From Promethearchaeota archaeon (GTDB taxonomy: Archaea > Asgardarchaeota > Lokiarchaeia > Sigyniarchaeales > SOKP01), in assembly GCA_016839705.1 (NCBI GenBank), contig JAEOTR010000035.1, positions 1-64,000 on the forward strand: a DNA stretch of 64,000 nt, in the 5' to 3' direction. Positions 9,325 to 18,905 of this stretch are shown here, in pieces. The notes beneath the pieces were generated by a model that was not told the origin of the DNA, did no database searches, and saw only the letters and a list, made by a program, of their open reading frames with translations. The first letter of the stretch is position 1; each line of letters begins with the position of its first letter. The position numbers and the translations under genes are program-made.

Positions 9325-10089
9325 TTATTGGTTGATAATAGCTTGAATCTCTTTCCTAGTTGCATGTTTATATAATGAAATTCTTCCATTACAAATAATG
9401 CAATAAGTTCCATAAGAATAAATTCCGTTCTGCTGAGCTTCTTTACAATCATTTAGTTTAATTGACTTAATTTTATTAACATTAGGTTCATTTCTCAATT
9501 CATCAACTAGATCAACCACATAAGGACATTGATCAGAGTATAATATTGTAACTCCCTCTTTATGGTCCTTTTTCTTATCTTCTGATATAGGATAGAACTT
9601 TGGTAACGGGATATTATCAGAGAATTTTTTAACATATAATTCAAAGTAAGGATCAATCTCATCCACTTTTTCAAATCCATGATTTAAAAATATTTTTGTA
9701 TTCGGTAACCACCCTCCTTTAAGTGCAGACATCCCTACGACGCCAAGCATTCCTTCCTCTTTTGCATCTTTAATCACTAATTCTAAAAGTTGGGAACCAT
9801 AACCATGCTTCTTTGCTTTTCCCACAACCCATAAACAATGGATCACCATCCATCCATCTGCCTTTATTCCTCGCCAATTATAATCACCAGGGATATATTC
9901 AACCATCCCACGCGAGGTTTCTCTATTTCCTTCCTTTACTATTAGTAATTTATATTTTAAACCTTCCTTAAAACGTTCTTTAATCCATTTCAGCTTGCTT
10001 TGATAACCATTTTGTTTTTTCTTGGTTTTTTTACAAAACATTTCCTGTTCATCAATATTCTGCTCGTTAATGTCAATAATTTTTGCCAT
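9325..10089 (-). CDS. GNAT acetyltransferase with YoaP-like C-terminal domain
   Basis: GMVEYIPG, IHCLWVVGKAKKHGYG, YSDQCPY, CKEAQ. Confidence 0.85.
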   Translation of the reverse strand: MAKIIDINEQNIDEQEMFCKKTKKKQNGYQSKLKWIKERFKEGLKYKLLIVKEGNRETSRGMVEYIPGDYNWRGIKADGWMVIHCLWVVGKAKKHGYGSQLLELVIKDAKEEGMLGVVGMSALKGGWLPNTKIFLNHGFEKVDEIDPYFELYVKKFSDNIPLPKFYPISEDKKKDHKEGVTILYSDQCPYVVDLVDELRNEPNVNKIKSIKLNDCKEAQQNGIYSYGTYCIICNGRISLYKHATRKEIQAIINQ

Positions 10090-10132
10090 TTTTCTTACCT
10101 CGATTCAAATATTATTAATAATAATAAAAAAA

Positions 10133-10681
10133 TTAGAATTTAATTTTAAATTTGCAGGTGTCTCCACCTGTCATTACGGTTTCGATTATTTTGACTTCTA
10201 CTGGTTTCCCTAAAGCTGACTCGTAAAATTCCTTATTGTGTCCCACACAACAGTAACAATAGGTTTGAGAATCAATTGGTTTAGTGGCAGATTTGATTAT
10301 GTTGTAACATCTACGATGTCCTCCAATGATAGTCTTATTGTTTGATAATTCAAAAAACGAACTCCGTTTATATTTTTCTTGTAATTTATTTACAAAGCTT
10401 TTTATAGAATCGGATTCATTTTTTAGCTTCTTTACTGTGTTTTTAAAATGAATACTGCAACTTTGACGTCCACTTTGTTCTAAAATATTGATTGTGGATT
10501 CATGACCAATTTCCCGTTCAAGTCTTTGAATCATTCTCAAGACCCATTGAGCCCTATTAGCCCCACTCAAAGAAGGAGAATAATCTTGAAACATAGCATT
10601 TAACATCTCTTCATTAATCTCTTCTGCAATATTTTTTGCTATTCTTCCTAAATTTCCAACACTGGGGATCGTCGGACTCAA
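10133..10681 (-). CDS. DUF6144 / V4R-like Cys-containing protein
   Basis: GRQSC, RCY, TYCYCCVGH, ETVMTGGDTCKF; TTG start after GGAGG. Confidence 0.7.
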   Translation of the reverse strand: MSPTIPSVGNLGRIAKNIAEEINEEMLNAMFQDYSPSLSGANRAQWVLRMIQRLEREIGHESTINILEQSGRQSCSIHFKNTVKKLKNESDSIKSFVNKLQEKYKRSSFFELSNNKTIIGGHRRCYNIIKSATKPIDSQTYCYCCVGHNKEFYESALGKPVEVKIIETVMTGGDTCKFKIKF

Positions 10682-10696
10682 TTGGTCAACCTCCTT

Positions 10697-11212
10697 TTAC
10701 TCTGAGATTTCTTCGAAAAATCCTTGTTCTTGCCACCATACCATCCCATCTTCCATCCAATCTGGCCAATCTTTTAACCATGGAGCAATATGACAGTCCC
10801 TTATTCTATCACAAATCGGAAAATAGGCCTTTAAATCTACGATGGGTGTACCGTTAAAAGCATCCAACCCGTCCACTTTTACCACACCATTTTTCTGATC
10901 TACATTTATTATGTTTGTTGCCGTTATTGCAATTGGATTGGGACGATATTCCGCTCGTGTAGCAAAAATTCCCGTCTCTTTCGGATTTTCACCATAAGGT
11001 GGAATTATCGACCACTTATGTTGATCTCGTATCTCTTCAGTATCATTTTCATGTGCCCACCATAAAACAATTACGTGACTGAATTTATCTAGTGATTTTA
11101 AAGCCGATCGGTACTGCTTATGAATATCAAGATAAAAATCCGTGTTTGATGGATCATCACCTTCAACTCGAACAAAACCAATCGGTTTCATTTTTATTTC
11201 TTTTCCTATCAT
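10697..11212 (-). CDS. TsaA/TrmO-like SAM-binding protein
   Basis: PIGFV, FSHVIVLWWAH, GIFATRAEYRPNPI, LDAFNGTPIVDLKAY. Confidence 0.9.
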   Translation of the reverse strand: MIGKEIKMKPIGFVRVEGDDPSNTDFYLDIHKQYRSALKSLDKFSHVIVLWWAHENDTEEIRDQHKWSIIPPYGENPKETGIFATRAEYRPNPIAITATNIINVDQKNGVVKVDGLDAFNGTPIVDLKAYFPICDRIRDCHIAPWLKDWPDWMEDGMVWWQEQGFFEEISE

Positions 11213-11236
11213 TTAAAAAACCCCTCGTTGGTAAAT

Positions 11237-11250
11237 TCTAGGTATCTAGA
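11237..11250. promoter_or_regulatory. palindrome TCTAG-GTAT-CTAGA in a divergent promoter (putative ArsR operator)
   Basis: Adjacent to TTTATATTTAAA between the tsaA-like and gyrI-like genes. Confidence 0.4.
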
Positions 11251-11361
11251 TTTATATTTAAATCTTCCGATCTTTCTAGGATTCATTCATTTTAAATAGG
11301 AAACTTTTAAATATATTGAAGTTTATTCTATAATTAAAGAAACAAAACTTTTAGGATCAGT

Positions 11362-11874
11362 TTGATTGAACCATCTATTCTTGAGGATAAAACGTTTAAG
11401 CTGTTAGGTTGTGTATTTTTTGGAGATCCTTTCCATTCAGCTAAGGAATGGTCTTCTGAAAATGAAATTGGAAAACTATGGCAAAGATTTGGTGCCCTTT
11501 CTTATAAGTATAACCTATTGTTGAATAAGATTTGTAGCGATAATGATATCGCATTGGAATTGCACTTAGAACCAGATGAATTTAAGGAAACTAAGAACTA
11601 TTATGTAATGGTTGGAATGGAGGTTAGTAATATTGATGAAATTCCATTGGAATTGTTTTTAAAAATTTTACCAAAGACAAGTTATTTAGTCTTCACTACG
11701 TCTATGGCAAATAAATTTGAATTGGGTGCTTTCATATACAAAGAATGGATGCCAAAAAATAATTTTAATCAAGCATTTCCTTACGTTCTTCAATTGTATG
11801 ATCGTCGTCGTTATAAAGGTCTTGAAGATCCTGAAAGCGAGATAGATTGGTATATCCCCATTAAAAAATTGTGA
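11362..11874 (+). CDS. GyrI-like small-molecule-binding protein
   Basis: EIGKLWQRF, YMVG-like YVMVG, IYKEWMP, LYD.R, EIDWYIPI. Confidence 0.85.
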   Translation: MIEPSILEDKTFKLLGCVFFGDPFHSAKEWSSENEIGKLWQRFGALSYKYNLLLNKICSDNDIALELHLEPDEFKETKNYYVMVGMEVSNIDEIPLELFLKILPKTSYLVFTTSMANKFELGAFIYKEWMPKNNFNQAFPYVLQLYDRRRYKGLEDPESEIDWYIPIKKL

Positions 11875-12267
11875 TTGAATTTGGAAGAAAGAAAAACAAT
11901 ATACGAATTGATAAATGCGTTCGAAGTGTCATTTGACGAAATTTTAATGCTATTAAAAGCAATAAGCAATAGTAAAAGACTTACAATTCTTATATCATTA
12001 TTAACTGGGCAAAAATCTTTTGCTGATTTAAAAGAGTATACAAAATTACAGAAAACAGCCTTATCCAACCACCTAACAAGGTTAATTAACTCATCACTTA
12101 TATTTCGACCAGACTATAATAAATATCAATTAACTTCTGATGGAGAATTATTCCTTCGAGCATTAGAAGCAACATTTAAAAAGTCTGAGATAAGAGAGAA
12201 AATACAAACAGAAGGTTTACAGCGAAGACAGTTTTCAGAGACATTTATTAAGTCATTTTTTGGTTAA
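11875..12267 (+). CDS. ArsR/winged-helix transcriptional regulator
   Basis: LKAISNSKRLTILISL..SFADL..KTALSNHLTRL..YQLT. Confidence 0.85.
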   Translation: MNLEERKTIYELINAFEVSFDEILMLLKAISNSKRLTILISLLTGQKSFADLKEYTKLQKTALSNHLTRLINSSLIFRPDYNKYQLTSDGELFLRALEATFKKSEIREKIQTEGLQRRQFSETFIKSFFG

Positions 12268-12339
12268 TATTTTAAATTTTTAAATATCAACCCACTATGC
12301 TAATATAAGGAAAAAATAACATTTCTTAGTGAGGAATCA

Positions 12340-12858
12340 ATGTCAGAACTAAAAAAAGTTGCTCTATGGATGTTTGGTGATTTTAAGACACCGGAAGGTT
12401 TTTGGTATTCACATTATATACATATAATTGATGGTTTAACTGAAGAACAATTATTTTGTGTCCCCGATCCTAAGAAACTACCAATTATATGGCACATAGG
12501 ACATATAGCTCATCGCGAACGAAGTCATATCGGAGCTATTATTCAAAAACTTAAAGGTAATATTATTCCCCAGGGATATGAAATTTTTGGCACAGATTGG
12601 TGGCCGATTGGTGAGATTCGCAAATCTATCGATTCAGTTAAAAATGTAATAAGCTGGGCTACTGAAGTTCGTATTCAAAGTCAACAATTTATCTCTTCAC
12701 TTAGTAATGAAGATTTTTATTCTGCAGTTGAAACAGGAGAAGGTGAATTGAGTGTAGCGCATTGGCTTTTCATAACTACATCTCATACAGCACTGCATTT
12801 TGGAAAAATCCAACTTTTAAGAGCATTACTTGAAGATAAACTCGATTCTCCTTGTTAA
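12340..12858 (+). CDS. DinB-family protein
   Basis: GLTEEQL, IIWHIGHIA, HTALHFGKI. Confidence 0.85.
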   Translation: MSELKKVALWMFGDFKTPEGFWYSHYIHIIDGLTEEQLFCVPDPKKLPIIWHIGHIAHRERSHIGAIIQKLKGNIIPQGYEIFGTDWWPIGEIRKSIDSVKNVISWATEVRIQSQQFISSLSNEDFYSAVETGEGELSVAHWLFITTSHTALHFGKIQLLRALLEDKLDSPC

Positions 12859-12869
12859 AAAAAATTGTT

Positions 12870-13685
12870 TTATTCTAAACCTTCTACATCTAATGGTGCA
12901 CGTGGTGGACTCCTGCTGTATTTGACTGCGGGATATCCTAATGTCATAGCTCCTAGTACGAGACCTTTAATTCCTATTATCTCCAATATCTCTTCCTTTT
13001 TGATAGAAATGGCTCCTAAAAGAACGTTCATCCAACAAGTTCCTAGACCAAGACTTTCCGCCGCAAGTTGACCATATGTAATAGCAACACCAGTATCAGC
13101 ACCCCATACCGCATACATAGTATTATTTGGGGCTTTTGCTTCATAATAGAGAATTATAACAATTGGAGCTTTATTAAATATATTTTGTCTATCCATCGAT
13201 TCAAAATATTTCTTTGCTTGTTCATATGAATTAAATCCCCAATATCTATACATTGTTCTTGATATTATATCACCTAATTCTTCGATTTTTTTTGGATCTG
13301 AAAGAACTTTATATTTCCATAACCTTGCGTTACCACCACTTGGAGCATACCTCATTGCATTAAATACCTTATCAATTAACTCTTTTGGAACCATCTTCTG
13401 TTTATAATTCCTGGTTGAGCGGTTCATTCTTAATAACTGCAATGTTTTTTCATAAGAAACAATAGGTTCTGAATAGGTCTCTACATCATCTTCCCAGTTA
13501 AAACTGCGTATTATTGCATCTTCTGGACAAGCTGCAATACAATGTCCGCAAAAAATACAATTATTTGTGATGTTTTCATATACAATATTCCCAGATGAAT
13601 CTTCGTGAAAATACCTTCTATCACATACTTTTAAGCAGATTTTACACTTAGAACACAGTTCTTGATCGATACCTTGTATTGACAT
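12870..13685 (-). CDS. nitroreductase with N-terminal ferredoxin domain
   Basis: CSKCKICLKVC and CIFCGHCIAACP; RSTRNY, APSGGN, LGLGTCW. Confidence 0.9.
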   Translation of the reverse strand: MSIQGIDQELCSKCKICLKVCDRRYFHEDSSGNIVYENITNNCIFCGHCIAACPEDAIIRSFNWEDDVETYSEPIVSYEKTLQLLRMNRSTRNYKQKMVPKELIDKVFNAMRYAPSGGNARLWKYKVLSDPKKIEELGDIISRTMYRYWGFNSYEQAKKYFESMDRQNIFNKAPIVIILYYEAKAPNNTMYAVWGADTGVAITYGQLAAESLGLGTCWMNVLLGAISIKKEEILEIIGIKGLVLGAMTLGYPAVKYSRSPPRAPLDVEGLE

Positions 13686-13835
13686 AGATATTAAAGATTT
13701 GGTAAGAATATAAAATTTTTTTCAAAATCTCTAATTTTTGATATCAAGATTTATTCTAACTTAACTTCAATTTATATCAGAATATCTTTGTTAGAATCCT
13801 AGACATTTCTATTCTTGTTGAAATATAAAAGAGAA

Positions 13836-14678
13836 TTATTCTGCTTGACAAAGAGGACAATAATAAACTTGTCCTCCTCCTACACTAAGTTTCTCTATGC
13901 CTGAACCACAATCAGAACATATTTTTCCCTTCATATTAGGGCCCATAGCAGGTAAATATTGACCTTTCTTACCAAACAAATCAATAAACTGAAATTTCCC
14001 ACCTAATCTTATTCTATCATCAACAACATTTTTGATAGCCCTAAAAAGTGCTCCCTTTTGTTGTTCGCTTAATTTCGAACCCTTTATTTTGGGAAAAAGC
14101 TTGGCCCTATATATAATATCTTGAAATGCACTATTAGATAAACCAACAAGTATGGCTTCCTTTCCAACAAGAATGGATTTTATTCCCCTATTCGAGTTTT
14201 TTAGTAATTCTGAAAAGTGATTAGAAGTAAATCTATCTTCGAGTGGAGATAAAACATCGGAGAAATCGCGTTTATATAGATAAGAATGTTCTAAATCGCT
14301 ACTTTTAACAGTGTATATAAGTCCCATCCCTTTAAGCCTTATTGTGAATATGGTTTCATCAGTAAAAATGATTTTCATATGTAATTTCTCTGATAGGTTT
14401 TTGTTATCTTCATGATATAATACTATCCCCCCATATTCAGGTCCAATCAAAAGATTAACGTCCTTATTTAATATTACACGAATCAAATTTCCTCTCGAAA
14501 TAACAGATATAATTTTACAATCAACAAGGAGATCAAATTCGTCTATATTCTTATTTAGAAACCCAATTTTCTGTAACCTTTCATAATCATAAAGATCATA
14601 AGACTTAATCTGTTTTCCTATCAATACCTTGTTCATCTGTTCAGCAAGGATGTATGCTTCTGGTAGCTCAATACTCAT
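13836..14678 (-). CDS. Fpg/Nei family DNA glycosylase-like protein (divergent catalytic residues)
   Basis: IELPE N-terminus, H2TH GLSNSAFQDIIYRAKL, C-terminal CSDCG...YYCPLCQ zinc finger. Confidence 0.85.
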   Translation of the reverse strand: MSIELPEAYILAEQMNKVLIGKQIKSYDLYDYERLQKIGFLNKNIDEFDLLVDCKIISVISRGNLIRVILNKDVNLLIGPEYGGIVLYHEDNKNLSEKLHMKIIFTDETIFTIRLKGMGLIYTVKSSDLEHSYLYKRDFSDVLSPLEDRFTSNHFSELLKNSNRGIKSILVGKEAILVGLSNSAFQDIIYRAKLFPKIKGSKLSEQQKGALFRAIKNVVDDRIRLGGKFQFIDLFGKKGQYLPAMGPNMKGKICSDCGSGIEKLSVGGGQVYYCPLCQAE

Positions 14679-14865
14679 TTGAAATACCTCTTTTCAATTT
14701 TTTTTAGGTATTAACAATTTTAAAGTAAAATTTATAAGATTCTAATATTTCAGATTACTTTTTTATATTTAATAATTTCATGTCATAGCAATTACTAAAT
14801 TATAATCCATTAACTCTTAAGTCATCCCACTATTATTTTTATAATAACTATATAACGTGAAGTAT

Positions 14866-15405
14866 ATGTCAGTAAAAAAAGGAGAATGGATTAAAGTCGA
14901 ATACACTGGAACTCTTGACGATGGGACAATCTTTGATGGCACAGGAGTAAATGGTGGCAACCCTCTTAAATTCCAAGTAGGAGCGGGGCAGTTAATTAAG
15001 GGTTTCGATGAATCTGTTCTAGGTAAAGCTCTTGGTGAAGAATATTCAATCAGACTCGAACCTTCCGAAGCATATGGTGAACTCAAGGAAGGAATGACTC
15101 AAAAAGTTCCAAGAGCACAATTTCCCAAAGGTATCGAACTCCAACCAGGTTTGATGTTGATGGTTATGGGACCACAAGGTCAGATGCCTGCTTCAATAAA
15201 ATTAATTGAGGAAGACAGTGTGATTATTGATTTAAACCATCCGATGGCAGGAAAGGTTTTGAATTTTAAAATTAAAATCGTCGAGACTAATTCTGAACCG
15301 GAACTACCAAGTGCATGTGGTTGTGGGTGCGAAGATCAGGCGAACAATCAAGATAGTTGTGGATGCGGACACGATCATGCAAACAATCAAGATGGTTGTT
15401 GTTAA
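14866..15405 (+). CDS. slyD: FKBP-type peptidyl-prolyl isomerase, SlyD-like
   Basis: VEYTGTLDDGTIFD, GQLIKGFD, PSEAYG, IDLNHPMAGKVLNF; Cys/His-rich tail; ATG 14866 preferred over GTG 14857. Confidence 0.9.
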   Translation: MSVKKGEWIKVEYTGTLDDGTIFDGTGVNGGNPLKFQVGAGQLIKGFDESVLGKALGEEYSIRLEPSEAYGELKEGMTQKVPRAQFPKGIELQPGLMLMVMGPQGQMPASIKLIEEDSVIIDLNHPMAGKVLNFKIKIVETNSEPELPSACGCGCEDQANNQDSCGCGHDHANNQDGCC

Positions 15406-15470
15406 ACCATAAATTGAATTTAGATATAGAGTTTATTTTTTTTCTATTTATTATTCTTATGCCTTCAGTT

Positions 15471-15803
15471 CTATTTCGGTAGATCTTTTAGAAAATTATC
15501 CATTTTCTGTCTATATTCTCGGAATGCTTTTCGCCCTTCGTCTGTAAGGTTGATTCTTGTGTTTGTCTTCTTACCCTTCAATTCTTTCTTAACATTGACG
15601 TAACCGGCATCTTCGAGTTTACTAAGATGTGATGAGAGATTACCCCAAGTCATTCCAATTCGATTTTTTAAGAAAATAAAATCTACCTCCTTGACGACAT
15701 AAAGATTAGCTATTATCATTAATCGAGCGGGTTCATGTATTAATTTGTCAATAGGAGGGAGTGTGGGAATGTCTTGATCTTTTTTCTCTGCTTCTTTAGC
15801 CAT
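15471..15803 (-). CDS. winged-helix transcriptional regulator (HTH_34-like)
   Basis: DKLIHEPARLMI, DFIFLK, TWGNLSSHLSKLEDAGYV, LTDEGRKAF. Confidence 0.9.
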   Translation of the reverse strand: MAKEAEKKDQDIPTLPPIDKLIHEPARLMIIANLYVVKEVDFIFLKNRIGMTWGNLSSHLSKLEDAGYVNVKKELKGKKTNTRINLTDEGRKAFREYRQKMDNFLKDLPK

Positions 15804-15813
15804 TAGTACCCTC

Positions 15814-16452
15814 CTATGCTTGGTCTTTTTTCGGGGAAGGATATTCTTTTAAAAACCGAACGAAAAGAACAATACCCCATGCTGTTATTATCCCTCCGAG
15901 TGTGCAAAAAGTAATAATAGAATGAAGAGGAGAACCTACTATCGGACGAAGTAATTCTGCTAAGGATAATCCTAATCCACCCATAATTGCGATAATATAC
16001 AATCTTTCAAACTGCAGAAAGTAGGCTACCACACATATCGGGAGCATAATGAAAAGTGTTCCGATAATTAACATCGTTGTAAATGCATTAAGTCTTATGT
16101 TTAAACCGCTAAATGGGAGAAATAAAAAGATTACATTTAAACCAACCATAAAGAACAAAAAGATTGCCAATTTTACCTTTTTTATTATTCTCTTTTTACC
16201 AAATCGAACAAACCCAATCCGTGGGATAGTTATCAATTTCTTACCAATGAAAAACAAACCAAATGCCGAGAAGTTCCATATCATTAATATTAGTATAAGA
16301 CTAAACGTGTCTTCAAGCCCAAAAAGCTGGGGAATTGTATAAATTCCCATTCCCATGAATAACAAACCAAAGTATATATCCCATAACCCATCTTGAAAAG
16401 TCGATCTCCATGCTTTTTTCTCAAGGTCTTTTAAATCGATATTTTGTGTCAT
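15814..16452 (-). CDS. 6-TM membrane protein, paralog A
   Basis: IDLKDLEKKAW.ST.QDG..DIYFG, KK.IT.PRIG.V.FG, F++FLK.YP; paralog of 16455-17081. Confidence 0.85.
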   Translation of the reverse strand: MTQNIDLKDLEKKAWRSTFQDGLWDIYFGLLFMGMGIYTIPQLFGLEDTFSLILILMIWNFSAFGLFFIGKKLITIPRIGFVRFGKKRIIKKVKLAIFLFFMVGLNVIFLFLPFSGLNIRLNAFTTMLIIGTLFIMLPICVVAYFLQFERLYIIAIMGGLGLSLAELLRPIVGSPLHSIITFCTLGGIITAWGIVLFVRFLKEYPSPKKDQA

Positions 16453-16454
16453 TT

Positions 16455-17081
16455 TTAAAGTACCTCTTCTTTTGGTAATGGATATTTCTTTAAAAATCGG
16501 ATAAAAACTACTATACCTATACTTAAAATCATAATGCTTACGATTCCAAACGCTAGAAGTGAATCAAATGGTTCTGGGATAAGAAAAAGTGCAAATAACT
16601 CATCAAGGAAGAAACTTAATCCTAGCAAAAATGCGATAGCATATAATCTGTTAAATTGAAGAAAATAGGCAACAAAACATAATGGAAGTGTGAAAAATAA
16701 TAACCCAACGATTAAACCATATAAATATCCAGGTAAATTAAAATTAATACCTATTAAATAAATGATTAATAAAAGAAAAAAGTTGACCGTTAAGACCGCA
16801 ATTGTTTTAAACTTCCGCTTTATTCGCGAAAGACCGAATTTGACTTTCCCTAATCGGGGTTGACTTACATATTTTTTGGCGATAAAGAAAAATATTAGAC
16901 CTAAACCAATAATTGAAAATGCTATAATTGAGTTATATGGAAAGGGTAAAACCTCATCAAGAACCACACCAATAGTAAGACTTAAATGTAAAATCCCAAA
17001 ATATATCTCAAAAATTCCATCTTCAAGTGTAGACTTCCAGGCTTTTTTCTCTAGTTCTTTTAAATCAATATTATCTGACAT
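16455..17081 (-). CDS. 6-TM membrane protein, paralog B
   Basis: Same motifs as 15814-16452; tandem duplicate. Confidence 0.85.
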   Translation of the reverse strand: MSDNIDLKELEKKAWKSTLEDGIFEIYFGILHLSLTIGVVLDEVLPFPYNSIIAFSIIGLGLIFFFIAKKYVSQPRLGKVKFGLSRIKRKFKTIAVLTVNFFLLLIIYLIGINFNLPGYLYGLIVGLLFFTLPLCFVAYFLQFNRLYAIAFLLGLSFFLDELFALFLIPEPFDSLLAFGIVSIMILSIGIVVFIRFLKKYPLPKEEVL

Positions 17082-17218
17082 TTTTTCGTTTTTTTATAAT
17101 TTATTAAAAATATTAAAGAGGTTTAGTTATGATTATTTAATCTTATATTCATCTACAATCCATTATATCTTTTTATTTTAGAGTTGATAAAAAAAAAGAT
17201 TTCAAAGTAGATATACAT

Positions 17219-18898
17219 CTACTCGATTTTATTCAATTTCTTTAAACCAAAGTATAGCAATGGAAGACTGACTCCAGTGTTGTAAAGAAATATCACCCCA
17301 TGCATTAATGATATCATTATTTCCAACGTTCCCGATTCAAGGAAAAAAATTAATATAATCGGTAAAAATAATATCGGTTGTAATAGGATCATTGAAAACA
17401 TAGCATTTCCTTTCATGTTTGAATCTTTTTCTCCATATGCCGGAGAAAGACATTGAATACCCATAGCTTGGCACATAGAGATCTGGGAAAATAATAAATA
17501 TTCACTAAAGAAGATCACAGCACTGATGATATCGAGGTTTGCGAAGATTGAAAAGAGGGTTGTGATAAAGATCGCTATGAAAGTGTTTAATACAACCATT
17601 GCTAACAAGTAAGAATATACTAGTCCCTTTAATCCTCTTGGAGATCTCTTGTAAACCCATAATATATCCTTCGAATCAACGAAGGCTAGATGACCTAGCA
17701 TCATACTTGCTACACCACCTCCAAGAGCAATAGTCATTGTTGTAGCTAAAGTCAAACCAAGCACATCATTTCCCATTCTTGAGATAAACCATGATATAAA
17801 TCCTACAAGACCGACTACGTATGCAATTCGTGCAAAGTTCGCTTTTTTTCTCAAAAACCTCTTTAATTGCATAATTATTAAGCCTCCCCATTTACGACCT
17901 GAAGCTTTTCTCACCATAATATAAAAGATGTTATCATGCTCAATTATGGTCACACTACTTTTTTCTGTTCCACTTTCTAAAGTATAGAATGATTCAGCTT
18001 TCTTATAAGAAATATATAAGATTGAAACTGGGACAATAACAACTAGAAGAAGACTTATCCATATATTTAGAATAAATGCATCTAATAAGATGGGATCAAT
18101 GCTATATAAGATTAAATTAGAAAACCAGAAAGATGGATAAAATGCGAGCCAGTTTTTTAATTCGGGATGAGCCAAAAGAAAGTTAAGGAAAAACATTACT
18201 GCATACATTATGACCACTAAAAGAATCGTAAAAACCCAGATCAACGCCTTCCCTAGATCTCTAGCTTTTTCACTTTTAGAAATTTTATGTTCAAACCAAC
18301 TGGCAATAATTGTACCAATTAGACTTGCAAAATAAACAAGACCAAATCCAGATCCATATATTGTAATGTATTGGATGAACGTTAAATCTATTAGAGGATT
18401 AATTAAGCCTACCACAACTGGGGCAAAAATTAAGACTGCCATAGTGTAAATTGGGGATTTACCTAAAAACTCTCCCAGAAATATATCATTTGCCTTCACA
18501 GGTGTCGATATCAATGTTTCCTTGAACCCGATTTCACCTTCTCTATAAACATTATTTAGGGGATACATCACGAGCATTAAAAACAACATCATCATAACAG
18601 ATTCAATAATCAGTGCTACAACAGGTTTGAAAACACTAGAAAATTGGATGGCTAAAGTTGGGATAAACAAATCAAATAGAAATGGTGCTGCAATAAATGC
18701 CCACAGGAATAACAGCGAGTATAATATTATAAAGAATAGTTTACGGTGGTTTCTGAACTTGCTTGTTCTAAGTTTTATCTCATTCTTTGCAATTATCCTC
18801 CATAAACTTTTAGTTTTGAGCTGAATATTAAGAGAAATTTTTTGGGTACTCTCATCAAAAGGCTCACCAAGCTTTTTTTCAGTCGTTATAACTGTCAT
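17219..18898 (-). CDS. putative ABC transporter permease (double-length)
   Basis: About 12 TM; LISTPVKANDIFLGEF motif; directly downstream of an ABC ATPase. Confidence 0.75.
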   Translation of the reverse strand: MTVITTEKKLGEPFDESTQKISLNIQLKTKSLWRIIAKNEIKLRTSKFRNHRKLFFIILYSLLFLWAFIAAPFLFDLFIPTLAIQFSSVFKPVVALIIESVMMMLFLMLVMYPLNNVYREGEIGFKETLISTPVKANDIFLGEFLGKSPIYTMAVLIFAPVVVGLINPLIDLTFIQYITIYGSGFGLVYFASLIGTIIASWFEHKISKSEKARDLGKALIWVFTILLVVIMYAVMFFLNFLLAHPELKNWLAFYPSFWFSNLILYSIDPILLDAFILNIWISLLLVVIVPVSILYISYKKAESFYTLESGTEKSSVTIIEHDNIFYIMVRKASGRKWGGLIIMQLKRFLRKKANFARIAYVVGLVGFISWFISRMGNDVLGLTLATTMTIALGGGVASMMLGHLAFVDSKDILWVYKRSPRGLKGLVYSYLLAMVVLNTFIAIFITTLFSIFANLDIISAVIFFSEYLLFSQISMCQAMGIQCLSPAYGEKDSNMKGNAMFSMILLQPILFLPIILIFFLESGTLEIMISLMHGVIFLYNTGVSLPLLYFGLKKLNKIE

Positions 18899-18905
18899 TT
18901 TTGAT

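Noticed and set aside
13753-13797. ATTCTAAC...GTTAGAAT inverted repeat resembling attC ends
   Set aside because: Only 45 bp, no L boxes, imperfect RYYYAAC/GTTRRRY, single instance, no integrase.
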